From an uncultured Bacilli bacterium (GTDB lineage Bacteria; Bacillota_I; Bacilli_A; RF39; UBA660), in the NCBI GenBank assembly GCA_944358775.1, contig CALVRU010000003.1, positions 5,783-69,782 on the forward strand: a DNA stretch of 64,000 nucleotides. The letters are read 5' to 3'. Shown in pieces: positions 9,721 to 17,574 of the stretch. The position numbers and the translations under genes were made by a program. Under the pieces are notes generated by a model, which ran no database searches, was not told the origin of the DNA, and was given only the letters and a program-made list of their open reading frames with translations. Within the stretch, counting starts at the first letter, position 1, and every line of letters starts with the position of its first letter.

Positions 9721-10140
9721 ATGGCACTATCAAAGATTAAAAACTTTTTTGGAGTAGAGGAGGAACAGCCAGTTGAGTCAACCGGTGACGATGAATTTTA
9801 CACCGCTTCAAAAGAAGCAGTCCAAGAAGGTACTGTGACGAATAAGATGATGCTACTTGAGCCACGGGCATATTCTGAGTCACAACAAATCGCTGATTAT
9901 TTAAAAGCTCGTAATGCGGTTGTCGTCAATTTAAAACGAGTAACGCCAGACCAAGCCAAGCGAATTGTCGATTTTTTAAGTGGTACTTTGTATGCCATTG
10001 GTGGCGATCTACAAAAACTTGGTGGTGGAATTTTCTTATGTACACCAAATAATGTCAATGTAGAAGGAAAAATTTCAGATGACAATGCAAAAAGCGTGAA
10101 AGGAAGCAAAAAAGAAAAAGAAGAAGAATTTAATTGGTAA
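9721..10140 (+). CDS. sepF: cell division protein SepF
   Basis: Core [29 protein letters not shown]...[31 protein letters not shown] matches the SepF (YlmF) fold; strong RBS GGAGGAG. Confidence 0.85.
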   Translation: MALSKIKNFFGVEEEQPVESTGDDEFYTASKEAVQEGTVTNKMMLLEPRAYSESQQIADYLKARNAVVVNLKRVTPDQAKRIVDFLSGTLYAIGGDLQKLGGGIFLCTPNNVNVEGKISDDNAKSVKGSKKEKEEEFNW

Positions 10141-10162
10141 TTGTGCTAAATAGGTGATGGGT

Positions 10163-10636
10163 ATGGAAAAGTTTAGTAAGGAGTTTAATGGTTATAATCG
10201 GCAAGAAGTAAACCAATTTTTAAGTGATACAATCAAACAGTTGGAGGGTATGTTACAAAAAGCAGAGCAACAAGATAAAATATTAAAAGAACAGCATACT
10301 AAAATTGCCGAACAAACAAAAACAATTCAATCTTTGCAAGAAAAACTAGTCCATTATCAGTCGATCGAGTCGACTTTACAAAAAGCACTTTTCCAAGCCG
10401 AAGAATCGAGTAATAATATAAAACGAATGGCTCAAGAACAAGCGAATTTAATCATTCAAGAAGCGAAGCAAAATGCGAATCGTATTGTCAATGATTCGCT
10501 TTTACGAAGCGAAAAGATCGAATTACAAGCAGATACGCTAGACCGGAATTTGCGAATTTTTAAGAAAAAATTGCGTCTTGTTGTCGAACAACAACTAGCA
10601 GTTGTCGAGGAAATTGAAGATTTAGAATTGAATTGA
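10163..10636 (+). CDS. divIVA: DivIVA-domain protein
   Basis: N-terminus MEKFSKEFNGYNRQEVNQFL is the DivIVA signature, followed by extended coiled coil. Sits between sepF and the ileS region as in Bacillus. Confidence 0.75.
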   Translation: MEKFSKEFNGYNRQEVNQFLSDTIKQLEGMLQKAEQQDKILKEQHTKIAEQTKTIQSLQEKLVHYQSIESTLQKALFQAEESSNNIKRMAQEQANLIIQEAKQNANRIVNDSLLRSEKIELQADTLDRNLRIFKKKLRLVVEQQLAVVEEIEDLELN

Positions 10637-10908
10637 AGGAGATATTATGTCTCTTTTTTTTGTAATAATTTATTTCCAACATTTCGTTTCTTCCATCAAA
10701 TAAAATAGAACAATTGACAATTATATTAAAATATACAATAATAGTATTTAACAAGTTGGGTGTGTTTGCCCATTATTAATTTGCTTAATTACTATTTTAG
10801 GAGGCAAACATTTTGTGTTTTGCTTCCTTTTTTTGTACACAACATAGGAAACTGAAACTATGATGATATATAAGTTGTTAAAGAAAAATAGTGAAAGGAG
10901 GAGTTTGG

Positions 10909-11043
10909 ATGAAAAAAATGGCAATTAAGAATGATATTGTTAAAAACTTAAAAACGAAACTTTCAAATAAAAAAATCAAAATTTCTTTTGGCAATAAGAT
11001 AGGATTGGGTTACGATGGATGCGGAACCCATACGCATAAATAG
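10909..11043 (+). CDS. 44-aa candidate precursor peptide (MKKMAIKNDIVKNLKTKLSNKKIKISFGNKIGLGYDGCGTHTHK)
   Basis: Strong SD AAAGGAGGAG 6 nt upstream of the ATG; lies 52 nt upstream of the radical SAM/SPASM gene; Lys-rich leader-like N-terminus and a C-terminal YDGCGTHTH core with a single Cys. Confidence 0.45.
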   Translation: MKKMAIKNDIVKNLKTKLSNKKIKISFGNKIGLGYDGCGTHTHK

Positions 11044-11095
11044 ACATTTAATACTAATCTCCTATGTTGTGTAAATTTATTATTGGAGGTTAGGT

Positions 11096-12679
11096 ATGAG
11101 GAGTCCGTGGTTAAGTCGTGAATACGAAAAATCTACTGACGTTGTAGTTAATGAAGTAGATGGTAATTATGAATTGAAAAATATTAATACAAATGCTAGT
11201 TTATTGTTGAGTAAAGTAGAATATGATAAATATGAAAATAATTTATTTAATGAAATAGAATGGGAAAAGTTATATTTAAAAGGGTTGGCAGTTGATAAAA
11301 ATTGTGATGATTTAATAATCGATAGTTCGTTTGATGTGTCTAATAAAAAATTTATTAAATCAAAGAATGTTGAGAATTTTTCGCTTAAAGTTGGAAAACA
11401 TAAATTTCAAATATTAATTAATCCAGAATTGGGATCTTGGATGGCATTAACGGAAGAAGAATATGGTAAATATAAAAAGGATGATTTAACACAAGAAGAA
11501 TGGTTAAGTTTGTTTATTCGAGGATTGGCTGATGATGAAGAACATACGGAAGTAGATTTTGATTTTCCTGTTCCTGCTGATTATCCGAGTGTCATAGTTG
11601 TAAATATTACTACTGGATGTAATTTGAGATGTAAATATTGTTTTGCTGATTGTGGACCTTTTAAGGGCGAGAATATGACTGAAGATGTTATGGATGCTAC
11701 GATTGATAGTATGTTGTCAATGCCACAGGTAAAAGTTATCACATTTGAATTTCAAGGTGGTGAAGCATCTACGAATGTTTCAGGAATGCGAAAATTTATC
11801 GAAAAAGTTGAATCAGTCAAAGCAAATTATGATAAATTAGTCAAATATAGAACAGAAATTAATTGTGTGTTGGTAACAGATGAATTGATCAAGTTGGTGA
11901 AAGATTTTAATGTGAGTGTTGGGGTAAGTCTAGATGGCCCTAAAGAAATGACGGATCAAACACGGGTCGACATAAATGGTCAAGGTGCATTTGATAGAAT
12001 TGAAAAGGGAATAAAAAAATTAAGAGATAATGGAATTTATATAGATGGCGCTGTTTGCACAATAGGACAACATAACGTTCGCTATCCAAGACAATTAATG
12101 GAATATTTTGATCAAATTGGAATGAACTTTAAACCTAGACCAGTCAATATTCTGGGAAGAGAAAAAGAAAATCACTTGACTACAAGGCCTGGTGAATGGG
12201 CTGAGTGCTTTAAAGAAATGCATAAAATGAAAGACGAGATCGATGTAGAAAACTTTTCAATTCATATATTTGAAGAAAATGTATATACGCCTATAAGAGA
12301 TTATATTTGTTTAAGATACCCGTGTGGGGCTGCTCGAGAATTGGTTTCGGTTAATCCGAATGGCGATGTTTTTCCTTGTGATGGCTTTAAAGGTGAAAAG
12401 CAGTTTGTGATGGGAAATGTCTTAAATGAAAGAATTGAGGATATGTTAAAAAAACCAAAAATTATCGAATTAAGAAATAGAACGGCAAAAACGATTGATA
12501 AGTGTAGTAAATGTATATTTAGAGGAATGTGTTGTTCCTGTTGTTATTCGGCATATGGTAAATTTGGTGATATCTATAGAGAGGATCCTCATTGTGCTGA
12601 TAGAAAACAAATGTATATCTATTTAATGCAAGCCTGGATTGAAGAAAATGTTATAGGCAAGGAAGATACGTATGAATAA
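11096..12679 (+). CDS. radical SAM enzyme with C-terminal SPASM domain, peptide-maturase type
   Basis: CX3CX2C as ITTGCNLRCKYCFADCG; C-terminal cysteine cluster CSKCIFRGMCCSCCYSAYGKFGDIYREDPHC typical of SPASM auxiliary Fe-S clusters; about 170-aa N-terminal extension with two copies of a roughly 55-aa repeat. Confidence 0.85.
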   Translation: MRSPWLSREYEKSTDVVVNEVDGNYELKNINTNASLLLSKVEYDKYENNLFNEIEWEKLYLKGLAVDKNCDDLIIDSSFDVSNKKFIKSKNVENFSLKVGKHKFQILINPELGSWMALTEEEYGKYKKDDLTQEEWLSLFIRGLADDEEHTEVDFDFPVPADYPSVIVVNITTGCNLRCKYCFADCGPFKGENMTEDVMDATIDSMLSMPQVKVITFEFQGGEASTNVSGMRKFIEKVESVKANYDKLVKYRTEINCVLVTDELIKLVKDFNVSVGVSLDGPKEMTDQTRVDINGQGAFDRIEKGIKKLRDNGIYIDGAVCTIGQHNVRYPRQLMEYFDQIGMNFKPRPVNILGREKENHLTTRPGEWAECFKEMHKMKDEIDVENFSIHIFEENVYTPIRDYICLRYPCGAARELVSVNPNGDVFPCDGFKGEKQFVMGNVLNERIEDMLKKPKIIELRNRTAKTIDKCSKCIFRGMCCSCCYSAYGKFGDIYREDPHCADRKQMYIYLMQAWIEENVIGKEDTYE

Positions 12680-13301
12680 CAATCAGTTAATAGTTGAAAG
12701 TCAAGAAACAGGCAAGACTACATATTTATTTAATGAGATAGAAAGGTTAATTTCAGAGGGCGTTGGAATTATAATATTAGATTCTGCTACTGAACATGAG
12801 GATAAATCATTATTAAAAAAAGTGGTGCAAAAGTATAATAATGTTTCTGTTATTGATATGCGCGATGAGAAACAAATTGTTTTAGATGAATGGAATGTAA
12901 ATGGTTTTATCGATAATTTTATGAAGTACTTTCCATTTCATGATGTGTTGAAAAATAAAAATAAAATAATATGTTTTGATCTATCTTATTTTTTAGAAAA
13001 AGGACATGATGTTTTTGATGAGACGAACGATAAAGAATTATACACGTATTATAGAAATCTTTACAATCGATTAGCAAACCAAATCGTGGTAACATTAATC
13101 TTAATGGAAAAGTATGGTATAATTAAAAACAGGTTTATAGTTATGGATGAAATAGAGTTTCCAATTACAGATTATGATATTAGTAAATTACAAGAAGATA
13201 TCCATTTTATAGCATCTGTTCATCCTGAAAATGCTTTTGGAACATTTTATGAAAGTTTTGATAGAATAAAATTTCGAGCATATCAAAAAAGAAAGGATTG
13301 A
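12672..13301 (+). CDS. hypothetical protein with degenerate P-loop (ETGKTT) and hhhhD motif
   Basis: Start overlaps the rSAM stop, indicating translational coupling; ESQETGKTTYLF plus IIILDSATEHE suggests an ATPase relic. Confidence 0.35.
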   Translation: MNNNQLIVESQETGKTTYLFNEIERLISEGVGIIILDSATEHEDKSLLKKVVQKYNNVSVIDMRDEKQIVLDEWNVNGFIDNFMKYFPFHDVLKNKNKIICFDLSYFLEKGHDVFDETNDKELYTYYRNLYNRLANQIVVTLILMEKYGIIKNRFIVMDEIEFPITDYDISKLQEDIHFIASVHPENAFGTFYESFDRIKFRAYQKRKD

Positions 13302-13307
13302 TATAGA

Positions 13308-15377
13308 ATGAATATTACATCAGAACAATTGGAACAGGAAAAAAAGTATTTAAAAAAGACATTAAAAGTAATCCAATCCCTTATAGACCAAAGTGATTCT
13401 ACTATTCAATATAGAATGAACTCTATTAATGAGTTGAAAAGATATATTTGGGAAAATAATGCTGTTTTAGATGACATGGAAATAGCAACTGGAATGTATC
13501 ATGTTAATACTGATGTAGGATATACGAATGAAAGTATAAGACAATTTCAAAAATTAAAGAAATCATTAATGAATCCTTATTTTGGAAGAGTAGATTTTGA
13601 AAATGATGGAGATACGAGTGCCATTTATATTGGAATAAATGGTATTATGAAAGATTTAGATTTCTATGTTTTTGATTGGAGATCCCCTGTAGCAAGTTTA
13701 TTCTATAATTATGGCATTGGTAAAGCCTCTTATGAAGCACCCAGTGGGCAAATAGATGGCAAGTTAACATTGAAAAGACAATATAAAATTGTAGGTAATA
13801 AAATTGAACGTTGTTTTGATAGTGATATTAATATTGATGATGAATACTTACAAGAAATTTTATCTAATTCTTCTTCTGATAAAATGACTAATATTGTTAA
13901 TACGATTCAAAGAGAACAAAATGAAATTATTCGAAATATTACCGATCGATTTTTAATTGTTCAAGGAATAGCGGGTAGTGGAAAAACTTCGGTTGCGTTA
14001 CATAGAATTGCCTATTTACTTTATAAAGAAAAAAATCTTACTTCAAATAATGTTTTAATCTTTTCACCAAATGATGTTTTCTCGGAGTATATATCAGATG
14101 TACTTCCAGGGCTTGGAGAAGATAATGTTTTACAGTCGACCTTTAGTGATTTTGCAAGTTCGTACATTAAAGATTACAAGGAAATTGAAAGTTTTACAGC
14201 ATTTTTAGAAAGATTTTATAAAGACGGGAAAGTTGACGAAGAAAGTTTTAAGGTAACGAAATATAAATTGTCTGATGAGTTTAAAAGCTATTTAGATAAT
14301 TATATTGAAAAATTAAGATTGAGTATTCACTTTTCAAAAGGGATTATCATAAATAATAAAGAAATAACAAAAGAAGAATTAAATCGACTATTAATAGATC
14401 GATTTTCACGATTTCCTTTTTTAAAAAGAATTGATTCCATTTCAGAATATCTATGCGACTTAAATCATATTTCTTATAAGAAATATGGAAAAAAGCTTAG
14501 TGAAAAACTTCGGGATTTATTAAACGATGACTTAAATATAATGTCTATTTATTCAAAAATATTATCTTCAGAAGATTTTAAAACAAATGCTGGTATAATA
14601 TCGTTTTCCTCTTTTCAAGCGGGAAGGGTGTTAAAGTATGAAGATTTATTACCAGTAATGTATTTGTATTTTGAGTTAAATGGTTATCCTAATGGTAATG
14701 CTATTAGACATATTATTATTGATGAAGCTCAAGATTATTCCTTGTTGCAATTTCACATGTTAAAAAAAATATTTCATAAAGCATCTTTTACTATTTTAGG
14801 AGATATTCATCAAACTATTAATCCGTATTATATATATAATAATTTGAACGAGATAAATTCGATATTTGATAACAATGGTCGATATATTGAACTAACAAAA
14901 ACATATCGTTCTAGTGAAGAAATTATCGATTTTACGAATCATATATTAGGTATTAACAATGCTTGTTCAGTAAGAAGAAGTAATTCAATCCCAGTAGTGT
15001 TTCGAGATGTTGAAAGAGAGCAGGCCATTGAACAGTTAGTTATTGATATTAATCAAATGAAAGAAAATGGTATGAAAAGAATTGCAATTATTACTAAAAA
15101 TAATGCTGAAACAATCGATTTATATGAAAGTTTGAAAGAACAATTTTCAAGTATTAATTTGATAGATGGGGATGGAAAAAAAGAGATTAGCGATCTCGTG
15201 ATTTTGCCGTCGTATGTTTCAAAAGGATTAGAATTTGATGGTGTGATCGCTTATTCTGACAAGAAACATGTGTATCAAGAAAAAGATCGATATCTATTCT
15301 ATGTTGTATGCACAAGAGCGCAACATAGTTTAACTGTTTATAATCAAAAAAAATTAGTGTTGCAGAGAGAAAAATGA
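13308..15377 (+). CDS. HelD-like (helicase IV family) RNA polymerase-associated UvrD-type SF1 ATPase
   Basis: N-terminal PYFGRVDFENDGD...IYIGINGI...VFDWRSPVASLFYNYG resembles the HelD N-domain; Walker A GIAGSGKTSVALHR; Walker B IIIDEAQDYS. Confidence 0.65.
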   Translation: MNITSEQLEQEKKYLKKTLKVIQSLIDQSDSTIQYRMNSINELKRYIWENNAVLDDMEIATGMYHVNTDVGYTNESIRQFQKLKKSLMNPYFGRVDFENDGDTSAIYIGINGIMKDLDFYVFDWRSPVASLFYNYGIGKASYEAPSGQIDGKLTLKRQYKIVGNKIERCFDSDINIDDEYLQEILSNSSSDKMTNIVNTIQREQNEIIRNITDRFLIVQGIAGSGKTSVALHRIAYLLYKEKNLTSNNVLIFSPNDVFSEYISDVLPGLGEDNVLQSTFSDFASSYIKDYKEIESFTAFLERFYKDGKVDEESFKVTKYKLSDEFKSYLDNYIEKLRLSIHFSKGIIINNKEITKEELNRLLIDRFSRFPFLKRIDSISEYLCDLNHISYKKYGKKLSEKLRDLLNDDLNIMSIYSKILSSEDFKTNAGIISFSSFQAGRVLKYEDLLPVMYLYFELNGYPNGNAIRHIIIDEAQDYSLLQFHMLKKIFHKASFTILGDIHQTINPYYIYNNLNEINSIFDNNGRYIELTKTYRSSEEIIDFTNHILGINNACSVRRSNSIPVVFRDVEREQAIEQLVIDINQMKENGMKRIAIITKNNAETIDLYESLKEQFSSINLIDGDGKKEISDLVILPSYVSKGLEFDGVIAYSDKKHVYQEKDRYLFYVVCTRAQHSLTVYNQKKLVLQREK

Positions 15378-15381
15378 TCGT

Positions 15382-15930
15382 ATGAGTGATTTAATACTAT
15401 GTGGTAGTTCTTGTGTAAAATATATATTAAGATATTATAAGAAAAGTTTTGACGATATTAACTTACAAATGATCTGGGCAACGGAATTAGCTATTTGTTT
15501 AAAAGAAAAAGGTTTTAATAACATTGAAATTATGTGTTATAAAAGTAATTTGTTTTTTGATTATACAAGAAAAAAGAATATTGATTTAGGATTTGCAGGA
15601 TTTAAAAATATAGAAAAAGCATTAAATTTAAATATTCCGATTATAGAAAAAAAGTTTGATGAAAGAGAATTATTTAAAGAAATAGAGCAGAGTAAATTTA
15701 TTATTCTATGTGTTGAATCTGCTGTTTTTAATGATAAAAATATGAGGGGAGGACATTTTATAATATTAGATGGGACAATTAATAATGAGATTAAAATAAT
15801 TAATCCGATTAAAGAACAATATGAATGTAAATTAAAAAAACCGAAGGATATTATTCAATGTTGTAAAAATTATGGCTCATGGAGAGTATTAATCAAGGAG
15901 GATATCAATGATAAAAGTTATAGCGTTTGA
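15382..15930 (+). CDS. papain-fold cysteine peptidase, C39-like (bacteriocin leader peptidase-like), stand-alone
   Basis: LCGSSCVKYILRYY resembles the C39 DCGxAxLxxILxYY catalytic-Cys motif; GGHFIILDG resembles the catalytic-His strand. No fused ABC transporter. Confidence 0.4.
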   Translation: MSDLILCGSSCVKYILRYYKKSFDDINLQMIWATELAICLKEKGFNNIEIMCYKSNLFFDYTRKKNIDLGFAGFKNIEKALNLNIPIIEKKFDERELFKEIEQSKFIILCVESAVFNDKNMRGGHFIILDGTINNEIKIINPIKEQYECKLKKPKDIIQCCKNYGSWRVLIKEDINDKSYSV

Positions 15931-16453
15931 TTTAGTTGGAGTTTTGGTTAATGAAAAGGATATTGAATTGACACTTGAAGAAGATAAGTTGGAAAGAATG
16001 TTTGGAAGCAATAGGAATGATTCTGATTATCTGATGGATGCGAGAAAAATTATTCAAAAAGATTCTGTTTTAATAAGAACAACCGAAGAGTTAATTGAAA
16101 AGATATATCGAGTGAGAGATCGTGATATTTTTAAAAAAATAAAAGAAAAGGATCCTAATTTAAAAATTATTATTGCTACGAATCATGTTTCATACGTACG
16201 AAATTTTATTGGAGAATCATTTGGGGTTGATTATTTAGATGATGTTTTGATCTCGGCAGAGATTCATAAAGTTAAGCCGGATTCGGATTTTTATGAGCAT
16301 ATCATAAATAAATATCATATTGAGCCGAATGAATTACTTTTTCTAGATGATAATGCTGAAAATATTGATGGGGCAAATAGATTGGGAATAAATACTATTA
16401 AAGTAAATAGAGATACCGATTTATTCGAAGAAATATGTAAATGGTTAAAATAG
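15908..16453 (+). CDS. HAD-superfamily hydrolase with atypical motif I
   Basis: IAFDLVGVLV (motif I with the second Asp replaced), ...KVKPD..., LFLDDNAENIDGANRLG (motif IV). Confidence 0.55.
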   Translation: MIKVIAFDLVGVLVNEKDIELTLEEDKLERMFGSNRNDSDYLMDARKIIQKDSVLIRTTEELIEKIYRVRDRDIFKKIKEKDPNLKIIIATNHVSYVRNFIGESFGVDYLDDVLISAEIHKVKPDSDFYEHIINKYHIEPNELLFLDDNAENIDGANRLGINTIKVNRDTDLFEEICKWLK

Positions 16454-16480
16454 AATAATTATTAAAATGGTGAAAGATAT

Positions 16481-17209
16481 ATGGGCAAATTATTTGTTGT
16501 TGGAGTTGGTAGTGGTATTTATGAGGATTTGACTATTAGGGCAGATAGAACTTTAAAAAATTCTGATTTAATTTATTGTGATGAAAAATTATACCGGTCA
16601 TTAATGACTCATTTTGATCCGAAAAAAATAATTAGTAATTCTTATAATGCAACAAGAGAAAGATGTATGAACGCAGTTAAAAGTGCTATGCAAGATAAAA
16701 ATGTTTCAATTGTTGGAAGTGGAGATACTGGTATTTATGGTATTTCTTCGATTATGATACAGTTAGTTGAGGAATTTTGTCCTGATATAGATATAGAAAT
16801 AATTCCGGGCATAACTTCTTTTATATCAGGTGCTGCTATATTGGGATCTCCTCTTACAAAAGATTTTGCGATCATTTCATTAAGTGATAATTTTAATGAA
16901 CAGGAAAAGACAAAAGAAAGAATTGAAGCGGTAGCAAAAACAAATTTCGGCATAGTATTTTATAGCCCGCATAATTCTACTTATCATAATTTGTTGATGG
17001 CAAGAGAAATTATTTTAAAATATAGGTCTTCGGAAACACTTATAGGTATAGTTAAAAATATTGGAAGTAATGATCAAAGTGTTACAATTACCAATTTAAG
17101 CGAGATTGATATTAATGATATTGACTCATTAACTACTATTTTTATTGGTCGAGATGATACTAGAGTTGCTGATATAAAGATTAAAAAAATGGTTACTTCA
17201 TTGTATTAA
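16481..17209 (+). CDS. SAM-dependent methyltransferase of the tetrapyrrole-methylase (TP_methylase/RsmI-like) fold
   Basis: GKLFVVGVGSGIYEDLTIRADRTLKNSDLIYCDE matches the N-terminal signature of TP_methylase-fold enzymes. Confidence 0.5.
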   Translation: MGKLFVVGVGSGIYEDLTIRADRTLKNSDLIYCDEKLYRSLMTHFDPKKIISNSYNATRERCMNAVKSAMQDKNVSIVGSGDTGIYGISSIMIQLVEEFCPDIDIEIIPGITSFISGAAILGSPLTKDFAIISLSDNFNEQEKTKERIEAVAKTNFGIVFYSPHNSTYHNLLMAREIILKYRSSETLIGIVKNIGSNDQSVTITNLSEIDINDIDSLTTIFIGRDDTRVADIKIKKMVTSLY

Positions 17210-17282
17210 AAAAATGTACTTTAGATAAATGGTATTCATAATTATGATTGTAATATGCCTTTTCTTTTGCACGATAAATCTT

Positions 17283-17312
17283 TTGAAAAGTTCTTGATGT
17301 CTTTTTTAGAAT
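17283..17312 (+). promoter_or_regulatory. sigma-A-type promoter of the ileS leader
   Basis: TTGAAA - 18 nt - TAGAAT. Confidence 0.4.
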
Positions 17313-17319
17313 GTGATAT

Positions 17320-17557
17320 ATTAAAAAAGAATTCAATAAAAACAAGTGCGAAAGACGTAATGATTGGATGTTTGAAAGAGAATCTTTGGTTGGTGTGAAA
17401 AGAGCAAACTACTTTCATTAAGATCACTTTCAAGTTGTGTTTTGTGGATAAGATAAAACCGGTAACGCGTTATAGTTTTGAGGTAAGTTCGATACTTATA
17501 AAATAAGGTGGTACCACGAAATGATTCGTCCTTTGTTCTAACAAAGGGCGTTTTTTT
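17320..17557 (+). promoter_or_regulatory. T-box riboswitch leader (Ile-specific candidate)
   Basis: Conserved T-box sequence AAGGTGGTACCACG at about 17505-17518; intrinsic terminator CGTCCTTTG-ttctaa-CAAAGGGCG plus T7 at 17527-17557; candidate specifier AUC followed by A at 17423-17426. Sits upstream of ileS. Confidence 0.7.
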
Positions 17558-17574
17558 ATGAAAGGAGAGGGATT

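Noticed and set aside
17242-17433. Minus-strand 63-aa ORF across the ileS leader
   Set aside because: Lies within the T-box leader/promoter region; no support.
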